Of a stretch of 54,831 nt of DNA, positions 37,613-48,845 are shown in pieces; the first letter of the stretch is position 1; the number at the start of each line of letters is the position of its first letter. The position numbers and the translations under genes were made by a program. The notes beneath the pieces were generated by a model. The model searched no databases and was not told the DNA's origin. It saw nothing but the letters and a program-made list of their open reading frames with translations. Origin of the DNA: Candidatus Dormiibacterota bacterium. GTDB taxonomy: Bacteria; Chloroflexota; Dormibacteria; Aeolococcales; Aeolococcaceae. The stretch lies in NCBI GenBank assembly GCA_003153125.1, contig PLWW01000123.1, forward strand, positions 10,463-65,293, read 5' to 3'.

Positions 37613-39082
37613 TCAGCGCCGCCAGACAACCGTGCCTCCCACAACGGTCGCCACCACCCCGCTGCCGTCGAGAACTGTGAGGTCGCACTGCAGTCCCTTT
37701 CGGAGCCGCCCGGTCAACCTCTCCATCCCCGCGGCGTACGCCACCCCGCGCGAGTAGGCACGGAGAGCGGCAGCGCGGGACAGGGCCAGCTCCGGGTACC
37801 ACCCGCTCCGACGGCGCCAGGTGGTGGCGGCGTCGATGCCGAGCAACGGTGCGGCGCTGTCGACGGGAGCGTCCGAGCCGAACGCGAGCACGGCACCCGC
37901 GCGAGCGAGCGCGCCCCACGCGTACGAGGCCTCGACGCGCCCGGGCCACAGCTTCTCAACCATCTCCCGGTCCGAAACGGCGTGGAGAGGCTGCATCGAG
38001 GCGATGACCCCGCTGGCAGCGAACCGCGGAACGTCGTCGCGGTGCACACACTGAGCGTGCTCGATTCGCGGTCGCCACAGACGCCATGCGCGACCGAAGG
38101 GCTGCAGCGCGTCAAGGGCGCGGCGGACTGCCGCATCGCCGATCGCGTGGAGGCACACGTTCAGCTCCGCCACCGCGCACCGTCGCACAAGTTCGACCAA
38201 CTCTCCCTGGGGGATGCCGGTCACACCACCGCCGTCGAGCATCTCCGCGGTCCGGCTGCCGAGGGAGCCGTCGAGGAAGCTCTTCACGCCCCAAACGCGC
38301 AGGCGCTCGTCGCCGTAGCCAGAGCGGACACCCATCGCAATGGCGGCCCCGAGCTCGGCCTGGGGGAAGTTCCACACCACCCGGATGGGCAGTCGGCCTG
38401 CGTCGTGCAGCCGCTGCAGAGCGCGGAACAGGCGCGCCGAATCCATGGTATGCACCGTGGTGAGCCCAAGCCGGGCAAGGTCGCGGAGCACCGCGGCAAC
38501 GTCGGCGGTGAAGGCGTCGTCCGGCGGCTCAGGCACCATCCGCTGTGCCAGAGCAGAAGCTGCCTCCCGCACCACACCGGAGGGTTCGCCACCGCTGTCA
38601 CGATCGACGACTCCGCCTGAAGGGTCCGCGATGTCCCGGCGGAAGCCCGCCGCGCCGAGCGCCGCGGTGTTGAGCCAGGCGGAATGGCCGTCCTTGCGAG
38701 TCAGCACGGCAGGTCGTCCACCGGTCACGCTGTCGAGTTCGTGGCGGGTCGGGAACCTCGGATCATCTGTCCAGAGATCGTTGAACCACCCCGAGCCGGA
38801 TATCCAGGCGTCGGCCGCCTGGCCGGCAGCGAACTGCTCCACCCGCCTCAGAGCCTCCTGGCGTGTTCGGGCACCCGACAGGTCGACGGCGCGGCGGGAT
38901 CGCGCCAGCCATTCGAGGTGGAGATGCGCGTCCCCCAGCCCAGCCAGGGCTCGCCCGGCGAGGTCGACGCGCCGTGAGCCACGGCCCGCCGCCTCACGCG
39001 CACCATTGCCGACCCCGAGGATGGCTCCGCTCGGGCCGCATGCCACTTCAGGCGTGCATCCAACAAACACAGTGTTGGTCAT
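37613..39082 (-). CDS. Amidohydrolase_3 (YtcJ-like)
   Basis: DAHLH, DGSLGSRTA, HAIGD, RIEHAQ, GSDAP. Confidence 0.9.
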   Translation of the reverse strand: MTNTVFVGCTPEVACGPSGAILGVGNGAREAAGRGSRRVDLAGRALAGLGDAHLHLEWLARSRRAVDLSGARTRQEALRRVEQFAAGQAADAWISGSGWFNDLWTDDPRFPTRHELDSVTGGRPAVLTRKDGHSAWLNTAALGAAGFRRDIADPSGGVVDRDSGGEPSGVVREAASALAQRMVPEPPDDAFTADVAAVLRDLARLGLTTVHTMDSARLFRALQRLHDAGRLPIRVVWNFPQAELGAAIAMGVRSGYGDERLRVWGVKSFLDGSLGSRTAEMLDGGGVTGIPQGELVELVRRCAVAELNVCLHAIGDAAVRRALDALQPFGRAWRLWRPRIEHAQCVHRDDVPRFAASGVIASMQPLHAVSDREMVEKLWPGRVEASYAWGALARAGAVLAFGSDAPVDSAAPLLGIDAATTWRRRSGWYPELALSRAAALRAYSRGVAYAAGMERLTGRLRKGLQCDLTVLDGSGVVATVVGGTVVWRR

Positions 39083-39101
39083 GTCAACGTGCCGGCTGGC
39101 C

Positions 39102-40346
39102 TTATCCGAAGATGCGGCGCACTTCCCCAAGGGCCGAGCCGAAGGCGTCGATCTCGTCGTGGGTGTTGTAGAGGTACACCGAGGCGCGCGCCGTCGCGGC
39201 CACGCCAAGCCGCTTCATGAGGGGCTGGCAGCAGTGATGGCCGGCGCGGACCGCCACACCCGATCGGTCGAGGATTGTGCCGACGTCGTGGGCGTGAACG
39301 CCGGCGACGTTGAAGCTCACGGCGCCACCGCGCCCGTCGAGGTCTTGGGGCCCATACACCTCGACGCCCTCCGTCTCCTCGAGTAGCGCGAGGAGGTGGG
39401 ACGTCAGCTCCTGCTCATGGGCGTGGATGCGGTCGAGGCCGATGGCGTCGAGGTAGTCGCAGGCGGCGGCGAGGCCCGCCGCGGCCCCGACGTCCGGCGT
39501 TCCAGCCTCGAACTTGTGGGGCACCGTGCTCCACGAGGATCGCTCCAGCGACACGCGCAGGATCATGCTGCCGCCACCGAGAAAGGGCGGCATGCGCTCG
39601 AGCAGCTCCGGGCGCGCCCAGAGCACGCCTGCCCCCATGGGCGCGCACATCTTGTGCCCGCTGAAGGCGAGGAAGTCGCAGCCGAGGTCGCGGACCGACA
39701 CGGGCATGTGCGGCACGCTCTGGGCGGCGTCGACGCACACGAGCACGTCTCGCGCGTGGGCGGCCTCGATGATCGAGCGCAGTGGCACCACGGTGCCGAG
39801 CACGTTGGACTGGTGGCCGACGCTGAGAAGGCGCGTCGGCGGGGCGAGCAGCTCGTCGAGGTTGGAGAGGTCGAGGCGGCCGTCGTTGTCGACGCGCAGA
39901 AACGCCAGCTCCAACCCGGCTCGTTCGGCGGCGAGCTGCCACGGAACAAGGTTGCTGTGATGCTCCATCTCGGTGAGCAGCACCCGGTCACCCGGGCTGA
40001 GGAGCTCACGCGCGAAGGACGAGGCGACCAGGTTGAGGGCCTCGGTGGTGTTGCGCACGAAGACGATTCCCTCGGCGGGCGCATCGATGAATCGTGCCAC
40101 GCGCTCGCGCGCGCCCTCGAAGATGTCGGTTGCCTCGTTGCCGAGCGTGTGCACGCCCCGATGCACGTTGGCGTTGTGCCCGGCGTAGTAGGCGTCGACG
40201 GCATCGAGGACCACCTGGGGCTTCTGCGACGTCGCCGCCGAGTCGAGGTACACCAGCGCATGTCCGTTGACGGAGCGCTCGAGGATGGGGAAGTCGGCGC
40301 GCAGCCGGGTGACGTCCAGCGGCGTCGTCGTGCTGGCTCCGCTCAT
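39102..40346 (-). CDS. sufS: Cysteine desulfurase SufS
   Basis: YLDSAATSQKP, FSGHK, RAGHHC. Confidence 0.96.
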   Translation of the reverse strand: MSGASTTTPLDVTRLRADFPILERSVNGHALVYLDSAATSQKPQVVLDAVDAYYAGHNANVHRGVHTLGNEATDIFEGARERVARFIDAPAEGIVFVRNTTEALNLVASSFARELLSPGDRVLLTEMEHHSNLVPWQLAAERAGLELAFLRVDNDGRLDLSNLDELLAPPTRLLSVGHQSNVLGTVVPLRSIIEAAHARDVLVCVDAAQSVPHMPVSVRDLGCDFLAFSGHKMCAPMGAGVLWARPELLERMPPFLGGGSMILRVSLERSSWSTVPHKFEAGTPDVGAAAGLAAACDYLDAIGLDRIHAHEQELTSHLLALLEETEGVEVYGPQDLDGRGGAVSFNVAGVHAHDVGTILDRSGVAVRAGHHCCQPLMKRLGVAATARASVYLYNTHDEIDAFGSALGEVRRIFG

Positions 40347-40681
40347 GCCAGCCCCTCGGTGTTGAGCGCCACCCGGATGACGCCGTCACTGGTGTCGATA
40401 TGGTGCACGTGCACCGGTTCCACCGCCGGCAGCGACCGCGGCTCGCCGGTGCGCAGGTCGAACGCGGAGCCGTGCAGCGGGCACTCGATGAGGCAGCGAG
40501 CAGTGTCGAGGTCGCCGTCGCTCAGCGACGCCTCGGCGTGGGTGCAGGTGTCGTCGATGCAGAAGAATTCCCCATCGACATTGAAGATTGCCAGCGCCAC
40601 GTCGCCGACCTCGACTCGAGCCGCGTGCCCGGGCGGCACCTGTTCGACGCGCCCCACCTCAACCCAGCTGGCCACCCTCAT
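40343..40681 (-). CDS. Rieske-type ferredoxin
   Basis: CTH...CPLH. Confidence 0.93.
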   Translation of the reverse strand: MRVASWVEVGRVEQVPPGHAARVEVGDVALAIFNVDGEFFCIDDTCTHAEASLSDGDLDTARCLIECPLHGSAFDLRTGEPRSLPAVEPVHVHHIDTSDGVIRVALNTEGLA

Positions 40682-42024
40682 GCGTCGACGACCGCGATGC
40701 CCGCCTGGGCGTTGCCCTCGAGCTCCTTCTCGAGGAGCTCGCCGATCAGCGCGGCGACGCCGGGATGCGGACAGTCGGCCAGCGCGTCGTCGAGGAAGCC
40801 GTGGACGATGAGGCGGTCGGCGTCCTCGGCGGTGACGCCGCGGGCCATCAGGTAGAAGCGGTGGTCGTCGTCGATGTGGCCGGCGGTGGCGCCGTGACCG
40901 CAGCGCACGTCGTTGGCGCGGATCTCGAGGCGGGGCACGGAGTCGGCGGTGGCCCCGTGGCTCAGCAGCAGGTTGCGGTTCTGCACGTAGGCATCGGTCT
41001 GCTGGGCGATGCGCTCGACATCGATGAGGCCGCTGTAGACGCTGCGGGCGTGGTCGCGGACGGCCACCTTGAGCTTCAGCCGGCTCGTTGTCTGAGGGGC
41101 GCGATGGGCCTGCAGCGACTGATGGTCGAGGTGCTGGGCGCCGTCCCCGAAGACCACGCCGGAGATGTTCGCCTCAGCTCCGGGCCCGTCGAGCATGACC
41201 TCCCAGTAAGCCTTCTGCAGACGCGACCCCAGCGTTGCTCCGAACATGCGCAGGCGCGCGTTCTGAGCGAGCACGGTGCGGTGGAGCGCGACGTGCCACA
41301 CCCCCTCGCCCCACTGCTGCAGGACGCAGTGATCGAGGCGCGCGTCGCGGCCCGCCACCACGATCGTCAGCGCGTCGCTGAACATCTCGTTGAGCCCGGC
41401 AGCGGACAGGTAATCGTCGACGAGCGTCAGCGACGAGTTGTCCTCGAGCAGGACCACGGTCGCGGGGAACGCGGCGCCGCGATGCCCGGCGGCGCTGTGC
41501 GCCACCCAGACGGGCACGGCGGCGTGCACCGACCGAGGGACGTAGATGAATGCGCCACCGCTCCACATGGCGTTCCAGAGCGCCACGAACGGTGACTCGG
41601 CGACGCCCACGGCGCTGAGCGCGCGCTCGACCAGCTCCGGGTGAAGCCTGGCGGCCTCGTCGAGCGAGCTGAGCACGACCCCGGCGGCGGTGAGCTCATC
41701 GCTCTGCTCGATGCGCGTCACCGGGGCGGCGTCGAGCAGCAGTGCCGCGTCCGCGGCGCCCTGGTCGCGGCGCTGCCTGATGGCGTTGACGAGCGGCTCG
41801 TCGATGCCATCGGACGGCTGGAAGCCGCTCAGCTGGAGCTTGGCGATGTCGGTGCGCCGCCAGTCCTCATCGCGCTGGGAGGACGGCATGGGCATGGTGC
41901 TGAACGCGTCCCACGCCGCCTGGCGACGGTCGCGGAGCCAGCCATGTGCGGTCGCGATGCGCTCCTCCACCGCCAGCGCGAACGCCGGGGCCGCCGGCGT
42001 CGCCGGTGGGGACCCGGTGATCAC
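40678..42024 (-). CDS. sufD: Fe-S assembly protein SufD
   Basis: [27 protein letters not shown]. Confidence 0.93.
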   Translation of the reverse strand: MITGSPPATPAAPAFALAVEERIATAHGWLRDRRQAAWDAFSTMPMPSSQRDEDWRRTDIAKLQLSGFQPSDGIDEPLVNAIRQRRDQGAADAALLLDAAPVTRIEQSDELTAAGVVLSSLDEAARLHPELVERALSAVGVAESPFVALWNAMWSGGAFIYVPRSVHAAVPVWVAHSAAGHRGAAFPATVVLLEDNSSLTLVDDYLSAAGLNEMFSDALTIVVAGRDARLDHCVLQQWGEGVWHVALHRTVLAQNARLRMFGATLGSRLQKAYWEVMLDGPGAEANISGVVFGDGAQHLDHQSLQAHRAPQTTSRLKLKVAVRDHARSVYSGLIDVERIAQQTDAYVQNRNLLLSHGATADSVPRLEIRANDVRCGHGATAGHIDDDHRFYLMARGVTAEDADRLIVHGFLDDALADCPHPGVAALIGELLEKELEGNAQAGIAVVDA

Positions 42025-43417
42025 CCGACCGACCCCTCCATGGAGAGGGCGAGAAGACGGTTGAGCTCGACTGCGTACTCCATCGGCAGTTCCTTGACGA
42101 AGGGCTCGAAGAAGCCGTTGACGATCAGGGCCGTCGCCTCCTGCTCGTCGATGCCGCGTGAGGTCAGGTAGAAGATCTGGTCCTCGCCGACCTTGCTCAC
42201 CGACGCCTCGTGGCCGACGGTGACGTCGGGACTGTTCACGTCCATGTACGGGTAGGTGTCGCTTTGCGACTCCTCGTCGAGGAGAAGTGCATCGCAGCGC
42301 ACGTTGATGCGCACGTCATGGGCCTTGGGATACACCTTGATGTGGCCGCGGTACGAGGTGCGCCCGGTGCCCTTGCTGATCGACCGCGACACGATGTTGC
42401 TCGTGGTGTGAGCGGCCACGTGGATGCACTTGGCGCCGGCGTCCTGGTGCTGGCCGGGACCGGCGAATGCCGCGCTGAGCACCTCGCCATGGGCGCCCTC
42501 GCCCATCAGGTAGATGGCGGGGTACTTCATGGTCACCTTGGAGCCGAGGTTGCCGTCGACCCACTCGACGGTGGCGTTCTCGTGGGCGATGGCTCGCTTG
42601 GTGACCAGGTTGTAGACGTTGTCCGACCAGTTCTGGATGGTCGTGTAGCGGATCTTGGCGCCCTTGTGGGCGATCAGCTCCACCACCGCGGAGTGCAGCG
42701 AGTCGCTCGAGTAGTTGGGTGCCGTGCAGCCCTCGATGTAATGGACCGAGGAGCCCTCCTCGGCGATGATCAGGGTCCGCTCGAACTGGCCCATGTTGTC
42801 GCTGTTGATGCGGAAATACGCCTGCAGGGGAACCTCGACCTTGACGCCGGCCGGCACGTAGACGAACGATCCGCCCGACCACACCGCCGAATTGAGCGCC
42901 GCGAACTTGTTGTCGTTGGGCGGGATCACGGTGCCGAAGTATTTGCGGAAGATCTCCGGGTGATCGCGAAGGCCGGTGTCGCAGTCGCAGAAGATCACGC
43001 CGAGCTTCTCGAGGTCCTCGCGGATGTTGTGGTACACGACCTCGGAGTCGTACTGGGCCGAGACTCCTGCCAGGAACTTGCGCTCCGCCTCGGGGATGCC
43101 GAGACGATCGAACGTGTTCTTGATCGACTCGGGCACGTCGTCCCAGGACCGTGACTGCTCGCCCGCGGGCTTGACGTAGTAGTAGATGTCGTCGAAGTCG
43201 ATGCCGGAGAGGTCGGCACCCCACGTCGGCATGGGCCGCTTCACGTAGTGCTCGTAGGCCTTGAGGCGGAACTTGAGCATCCACGCCGGCTCGCTCTTGT
43301 GGTCCGAGATGGCCGCAACCACCTCGGGCGAGAGGCCCTTCTCGGTGCGGAACACCGAGATGTCGACGTCGTGGAAGCCGTACTCGTAATCCTTGCTCAG
43401 CTCGTGCGCCTGGACGG

Positions 43418-43421
<4 letters not shown>
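42021..43421 (-). CDS. sufB: Fe-S assembly protein SufB
   Basis: [31 protein letters not shown]. Confidence 0.97.
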
Positions 43422-44228
<807 letters not shown>

Positions 44229-44236
<8 letters not shown>

Positions 44237-44696
44237 GTGATGCCTCCGGGTGTGGGTCGGAGGGGGCCATCGCCGCGAGCAGCGACTGGTCGTGGATCAA
44301 CTCGGCAAGGGTGGTCTGGCGCAGCACGGCGTCGATGCTCTCCTTGAGGCGCAGCCACAGCCCCCGGGAGGCGCACTCGCCGTCGCGGCCGCAGCTGCCG
44401 GCGACGTAGTCGGAGGACACGCATTCCACCGGGGACACCTCGCCCTCGACTGTGTGCACCACCTCGAGCACGGAGATCAGCTCGGGGGCGCGGGCCAGGG
44501 TGTACCCGCCGTGCACCCCGCGGGTGCTCTCGACGAGGCCGCCACGGCGGAGCTGACCGGCGAGCTGCTCCAGGTAGGCGAGCGGGAGGTGCTCGACGCG
44601 CGCCACCTCAGCGATGCTCAGGGGCCCGGTGCCGTAGGCTCGGGCGAACTCCGTCATCATCCGCAGGCCGTAATGGGCCTTGGAGCTGACCCGCAT
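44229..44696 (-). CDS. Rrf2 family regulator (IscR/SufR-like)
   Basis: YLEQL, STRGVHGGY, three Cys (VEC, GSC, GEC). Alternative leaderless start at 44777. Confidence 0.92.
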
Positions 44697-44761
44697 CGAG
44701 AAGGACGTGCTGTGATCGGTTCGCTGGCCCGTCTCGGAGGACCGTGGGCGTGCTGCGTGGC

Positions 44762-44788
44762 TAATTCCGACCGTCATGGTCAGAATTA
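44762..44788. promoter_or_regulatory. Rrf2/IscR-type operator, copy 2
   Basis: TAATTCCGACC-N5-GGTCAGAATTA overlapping the TATAAT of the rrf2-suf operon. Confidence 0.75.
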
Positions 44789-44845
44789 TACGCCGACGCT
44801 CAGGAGCGGGATCATCCGACATACTCGAATGAGGTCTGCCGCCAC

Positions 44846-45886
44846 GTGAGCGTACCCGCCGTCGACCTCGCCCCCGCCGCCCCCGCCGTCCTGCCGGTCG
44901 ATGGGGCGTCGACGGGCAGCCGCAGGCGGCGTGTGATGGTCGCTCGGATCACCCGCGTCGCCTCCGTCGTGGTCAGCGCTGGGGCGCTGCTGATCCTGCT
45001 GCGGCGCGTCGACCTCCCCTCAGCCCTGCACACCGCCGCCGCCGAGCCGTGGCCGCTCCTGGGCGCCACCGTCGCCCTCAACGCCGTGGCCACGTGGCTG
45101 CGGGCGGGACGCTCGCAGATCGTGCTCAACACCCTCGGCCATCGCGTCAACCGGGTGAGGATGGTCGGCACCCAGCTCGCCGGCCAGACACTCAGCTGGG
45201 TCAGTCCCGTGGCCGCCGGCGACTTCGTGCGACCGTACCTCTGGCGCAGCCGTGACGGTGTGCCCCTGACCCCGGGGATCGTCACCGTGCTCTACGAGCG
45301 CATCTTCAGCTTCGGTCAGCTGGCCGTGGTCGGCTCGGCGTGTATCGCCCCGTTCGCGTTCGGCGGGGGCCTCCTCGCCGTGGCCGCCGCCGCCGGTGCC
45401 TGCCTGCTGGCCGCGCCCTGGCTGCTCGCCCGACTCATCGGCGCCGGCACCGACGCGGACCAGGCCGCTGTGTCGTCGGGCTGGCGTGATCGCCTCGTCC
45501 ACGCCGCCGGGCAGCTCTGGCGGCTGGCCGGCGACGGCCGCCTCAGCCTCCGCTTCACCGGGCTGACCATCGCCGTTGTCACCGTCAGCGCGCTGCAGAT
45601 CGAGCTCCTCGCCTCGGGGATCGGCATCGCCCTGCCGCTGTGGATCGCCGCCGCGGCGTTCGCTCTCTCCCAGGTCATCGGCAGCGCCTCCAGCCTTCCC
45701 TTCGGCATCGGACCCGCGGACGCCGTCGTCGTGGCGCTGCTTGTGCACGCCGGCACCGGCCCGGCCGGAGCCCTTGCCATCACCCTGCTGTCCAGGCTGA
45801 CGGTCACCGTGCCGCTCGGCCTCGCCGGGGCTCTCGCCTACATGCGGCTGGGCCGCCCCCCAGGGACCGAGGTCACCGCCCCGTGA
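44846..45886 (+). CDS. LPG_synthase_TM / flippase-like membrane protein
   Basis: GDFVRPY, YERIF, LPFGIGPAD, SRL motifs; multiple TM helices. Confidence 0.82.
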   Translation: MSVPAVDLAPAAPAVLPVDGASTGSRRRRVMVARITRVASVVVSAGALLILLRRVDLPSALHTAAAEPWPLLGATVALNAVATWLRAGRSQIVLNTLGHRVNRVRMVGTQLAGQTLSWVSPVAAGDFVRPYLWRSRDGVPLTPGIVTVLYERIFSFGQLAVVGSACIAPFAFGGGLLAVAAAAGACLLAAPWLLARLIGAGTDADQAAVSSGWRDRLVHAAGQLWRLAGDGRLSLRFTGLTIAVVTVSALQIELLASGIGIALPLWIAAAAFALSQVIGSASSLPFGIGPADAVVVALLVHAGTGPAGALAITLLSRLTVTVPLGLAGALAYMRLGRPPGTEVTAP

Positions 45887-46857
45887 GGCGACCCGAGCAT
45901 GTGGCCAGGGTCGTGGTGGTCGGCGGCGCGGGCTTCATCGGCACCCACGTCGTCGAGCGCCTGGCGGCCGCCGGGTGGGCGATCCTCGTCGTGGACGACA
46001 GCTCTCACCCCTGTGGCGTCCCTCTCCCCGGCTCAGTCGACCTGCTCTTGGCCGGCGGCGGCAGCGACGAGGCGCGCGCTGCGATGGAGCGATTCCGGCC
46101 CGCCGCCCTTGTTCACCTCGCCGCCAAGGGCGGCGTCAACCGCGCCCTCCGCGACCCGGGCGGCCACGTCGCCGACGTGCTCTCCCAATCGGTGGGGTGC
46201 TTCGCGTCCGCGGCCGCGGCCGGCTGCTCGTCGATCGTCATCGCGTCCTCGGGGGGAGCCGTGTACGGGGACCCGCGCGTCCTCCCCGCCAGCGAGCGAC
46301 TCAGGCCAGCTCCCCGGTCCGCATACGGTGCCGAGAAGCTCTGCGAGGAGACCTATCTCGCCACCGTCGCCCAGCGCGGGGTGCGCACCATGGCGCTCCG
46401 CTACGGCAACGTCTACGGGCCGCGCCAGGATGGAACGGGCGAGGCTGGGGTTGTGGCGATCACCGCGACCCGGCTCCTGGAAGGGCTCGCGCCGGTGGTT
46501 TTCGGCGACGGCCTCCAGACCCGCGACTTCGTCTACGTCGAGGACGTCGCCGAGGCCACGGTGGCCGCGCTGGGCAGCAGGCGCAGCGGCCCCGTGAACG
46601 TCGGCACGGGCAGAGAGACCAGCGTCCGCGATATCGTCAACGGCTTGGTCCAGCTCACAGGCTCCACCGCCGGCATCGAGTACCGGGCGGCACGCGATGG
46701 AGAGGTGCGCCGCGCCGCGCTCGACGCGTCGCGGGCACAGCGGTGGCTGGGCTGGCGCGCGCAGACCAAGCTGATCGATGGGCTGGCACGCACGGCGGCA
46801 TTCTTCGCCGCTCGCGGTCCGGCCGCTGCAACCAACGTTTCCGGGGGGACCACCTGA
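45883..46857 (+). CDS. NAD-dependent epimerase (GalE-like SDR)
   Basis: GGAGFIG, SSGGAVYG, YGAEK, GLQTRDFVYV. Confidence 0.9.
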   Translation: MRRPEHVARVVVVGGAGFIGTHVVERLAAAGWAILVVDDSSHPCGVPLPGSVDLLLAGGGSDEARAAMERFRPAALVHLAAKGGVNRALRDPGGHVADVLSQSVGCFASAAAAGCSSIVIASSGGAVYGDPRVLPASERLRPAPRSAYGAEKLCEETYLATVAQRGVRTMALRYGNVYGPRQDGTGEAGVVAITATRLLEGLAPVVFGDGLQTRDFVYVEDVAEATVAALGSRRSGPVNVGTGRETSVRDIVNGLVQLTGSTAGIEYRAARDGEVRRAALDASRAQRWLGWRAQTKLIDGLARTAAFFAARGPAAATNVSGGTT

Positions 46858-46858
46858 C

Positions 46859-48112
46859 ATGCGGATCATCGTTCTCGGCGCCGATGGTTACCTCGGCTGG
46901 CCCACCGCGTTGCACCTCTCGGCGAAGGGGCACGACGTGATCGCGGTCGACAACCTGGTGCGGCGGCGCTGGGACCGCCGCTGCGGCACCAACAGCCTGG
47001 TGCCGATCACGTCGATGGAACGGCGAATCGCCCGCTGGACGGAGTTGAGCGGCCGGCCCATCGCGTGGCACAAGCTCGACCTCTGCGACGCCGACGCCGT
47101 CACCGCCCTTGTGGAGGAGACGTCGCCGGACGCCGTCGTGCATTTCGCCGAGCAGCGATCGGCGCCGTACTCGATGATCAGCCGCGGCCACGCGGTCGAG
47201 ACGCAGGTCAACAACGTGGTCGGCACCCTCAACCTGCTGTTCGCGATCCGCGACCACGCCCCCAACTGCCACCTCATCAAGCTGGGCACGATGGGGGAGT
47301 ACGGTACCCCGAACATCGACATCGAAGAGGGGTTCATCGAGATCACGCACAACGGGCGCAGCGACCGGCTGCCCTTTCCCAAGGTGCCGGGATCGATGTA
47401 CCACCTCAGCAAGGTGCACGACAGCCACAACATCCACTTCACCTGCCGGATCTGGGGTTTGCGCGCCACCGACCTCAACCAGGGGGTGGTGTACGGGGCC
47501 CAGACCAAGGAGACCACGCTGCACCGCGACCTCGCGACCCGTTTCGACTACGACGGGATCTGGGGCACCGTTCTCAATCGCTTTTGCGCGCAGGCGGCCA
47601 TCGGCCTCCCCCTGACCGTGCACGGCAAGGGCGGCCAGACGAGAGGGTTCCTCGACATCCGCGACACGGTCGCGTGCATCGAGCTCGCCGCCCTCAACCC
47701 GCCGGCGGCCGGGGAGTTCCGGGTGTTCAACCAGTTCACCGAGCAGTTCAGCATCCTCGACCTTGCCGCGCGCGTCCAGGAAGCGCGTGCCGCCCACGGC
47801 CTCGAGACCGACATTGTCCACCAGCCCAACCCGCGCGTCGAGCTGGACACCCACTACTACAACGCCAAGCACCAGCACCTGCTCGACCTCGGCCTCCACC
47901 CGCATGCCCTCGCGGACACGCTCATCGAGGACGTGATCCACGTGGTGCAGCGCCACAAGTCGCGGGTGCGCCCCCACACCCTCGCAGCCACGGTCGACTG
48001 GCGCACGGGTGGCGACGTCTACCACGCACCCGCCGCCACCAGCGTCGCACCCCGCGAGATCGTCGGCGAGGTCACCGCGCGGGTGCCGGTGGGGGCTGCC
48101 GCGGCGCGCTGA
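46859..48112 (+). CDS. sqdB: UDP-sulfoquinovose synthase
   Basis: DGYLGWPTAL, HFAEQRSAPYSM, KLGTMGEYG, YHLSKVHDS, TDLNQGVVYG, FRVFNQFTE. Confidence 0.95.
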   Translation: MRIIVLGADGYLGWPTALHLSAKGHDVIAVDNLVRRRWDRRCGTNSLVPITSMERRIARWTELSGRPIAWHKLDLCDADAVTALVEETSPDAVVHFAEQRSAPYSMISRGHAVETQVNNVVGTLNLLFAIRDHAPNCHLIKLGTMGEYGTPNIDIEEGFIEITHNGRSDRLPFPKVPGSMYHLSKVHDSHNIHFTCRIWGLRATDLNQGVVYGAQTKETTLHRDLATRFDYDGIWGTVLNRFCAQAAIGLPLTVHGKGGQTRGFLDIRDTVACIELAALNPPAAGEFRVFNQFTEQFSILDLAARVQEARAAHGLETDIVHQPNPRVELDTHYYNAKHQHLLDLGLHPHALADTLIEDVIHVVQRHKSRVRPHTLAATVDWRTGGDVYHAPAATSVAPREIVGEVTARVPVGAAAAR

Positions 48113-48835
48113 TCACCGCCGCGCCGGCAGCGACCTCCGCATCGTCCAGCGGAAGACGATCAGCTCCTTGATGGCACGCGCGATGGCGCGGGGGCGTGCC
48201 CCCGACCGCCGTCCCGCACGCCGTGCGTGGTGGGGGACGGCGTGCTGGGCGATCCGCCACCCGGCGTGGCGTGCCTTGTAGTACAGCTCGGTGTTGATGA
48301 GGGCGCTGTGGGCGTGGAGCTCCATCGAGTCCAGCACCTCACGGCGCATCACCTTCATGGCGCAGTCGATGTCGCGGTACGGCAACCGGTAGAGCACCAG
48401 CACCAGGGTGTTGAACACCCAGCTGACCACCGACCGCATGGCGGCGTCCTGGCGCTCCTCGCGCCATCCCCCGACGAGATCCGCGCCGGCCAGCAGAGGC
48501 ACGAGGATGGCGAAGTCGGCGACCTCGAACTGGCCGTCGGCGTCTGTGAACGCCACGTAAGTGAGGCGGGCGGCCCGCAGGCCGTCACCGACAGCGGCGC
48601 CGTAACCGCTCTTGCGCTCGTGACGCACGATGCGCAGGTCGACGCCGAGGTCGGCCGCAAGCGAGGTGGCCAGCTTCCCACTGCCGTCGGTGCTGCCGTC
48701 GTCGACGATCACCACCTCGAAGCGCTCGGCGAGGGTGGGCAGGGTTGCCGCCAGGTGTGGCAGCAACCAGGTGACGTTCTCGGCCTCGTTGTGGACGGGG
48801 AGGACCAGGCTGAGCTCGGGCAGGCGTGTGGTCAT
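48113..48835 (-). CDS. GT2 polyprenol-phosphate glycosyltransferase (DPM1/ArnC-like)
   Basis: LPVHNE, VDDGSTD, GYGAA, DADGQF, DIDCAMK. Confidence 0.9.
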   Translation of the reverse strand: MTTRLPELSLVLPVHNEAENVTWLLPHLAATLPTLAERFEVVIVDDGSTDGSGKLATSLAADLGVDLRIVRHERKSGYGAAVGDGLRAARLTYVAFTDADGQFEVADFAILVPLLAGADLVGGWREERQDAAMRSVVSWVFNTLVLVLYRLPYRDIDCAMKVMRREVLDSMELHAHSALINTELYYKARHAGWRIAQHAVPHHARRAGRRSGARPRAIARAIKELIVFRWTMRRSLPARR

Positions 48836-48845
48836 GGCGCGCTGA

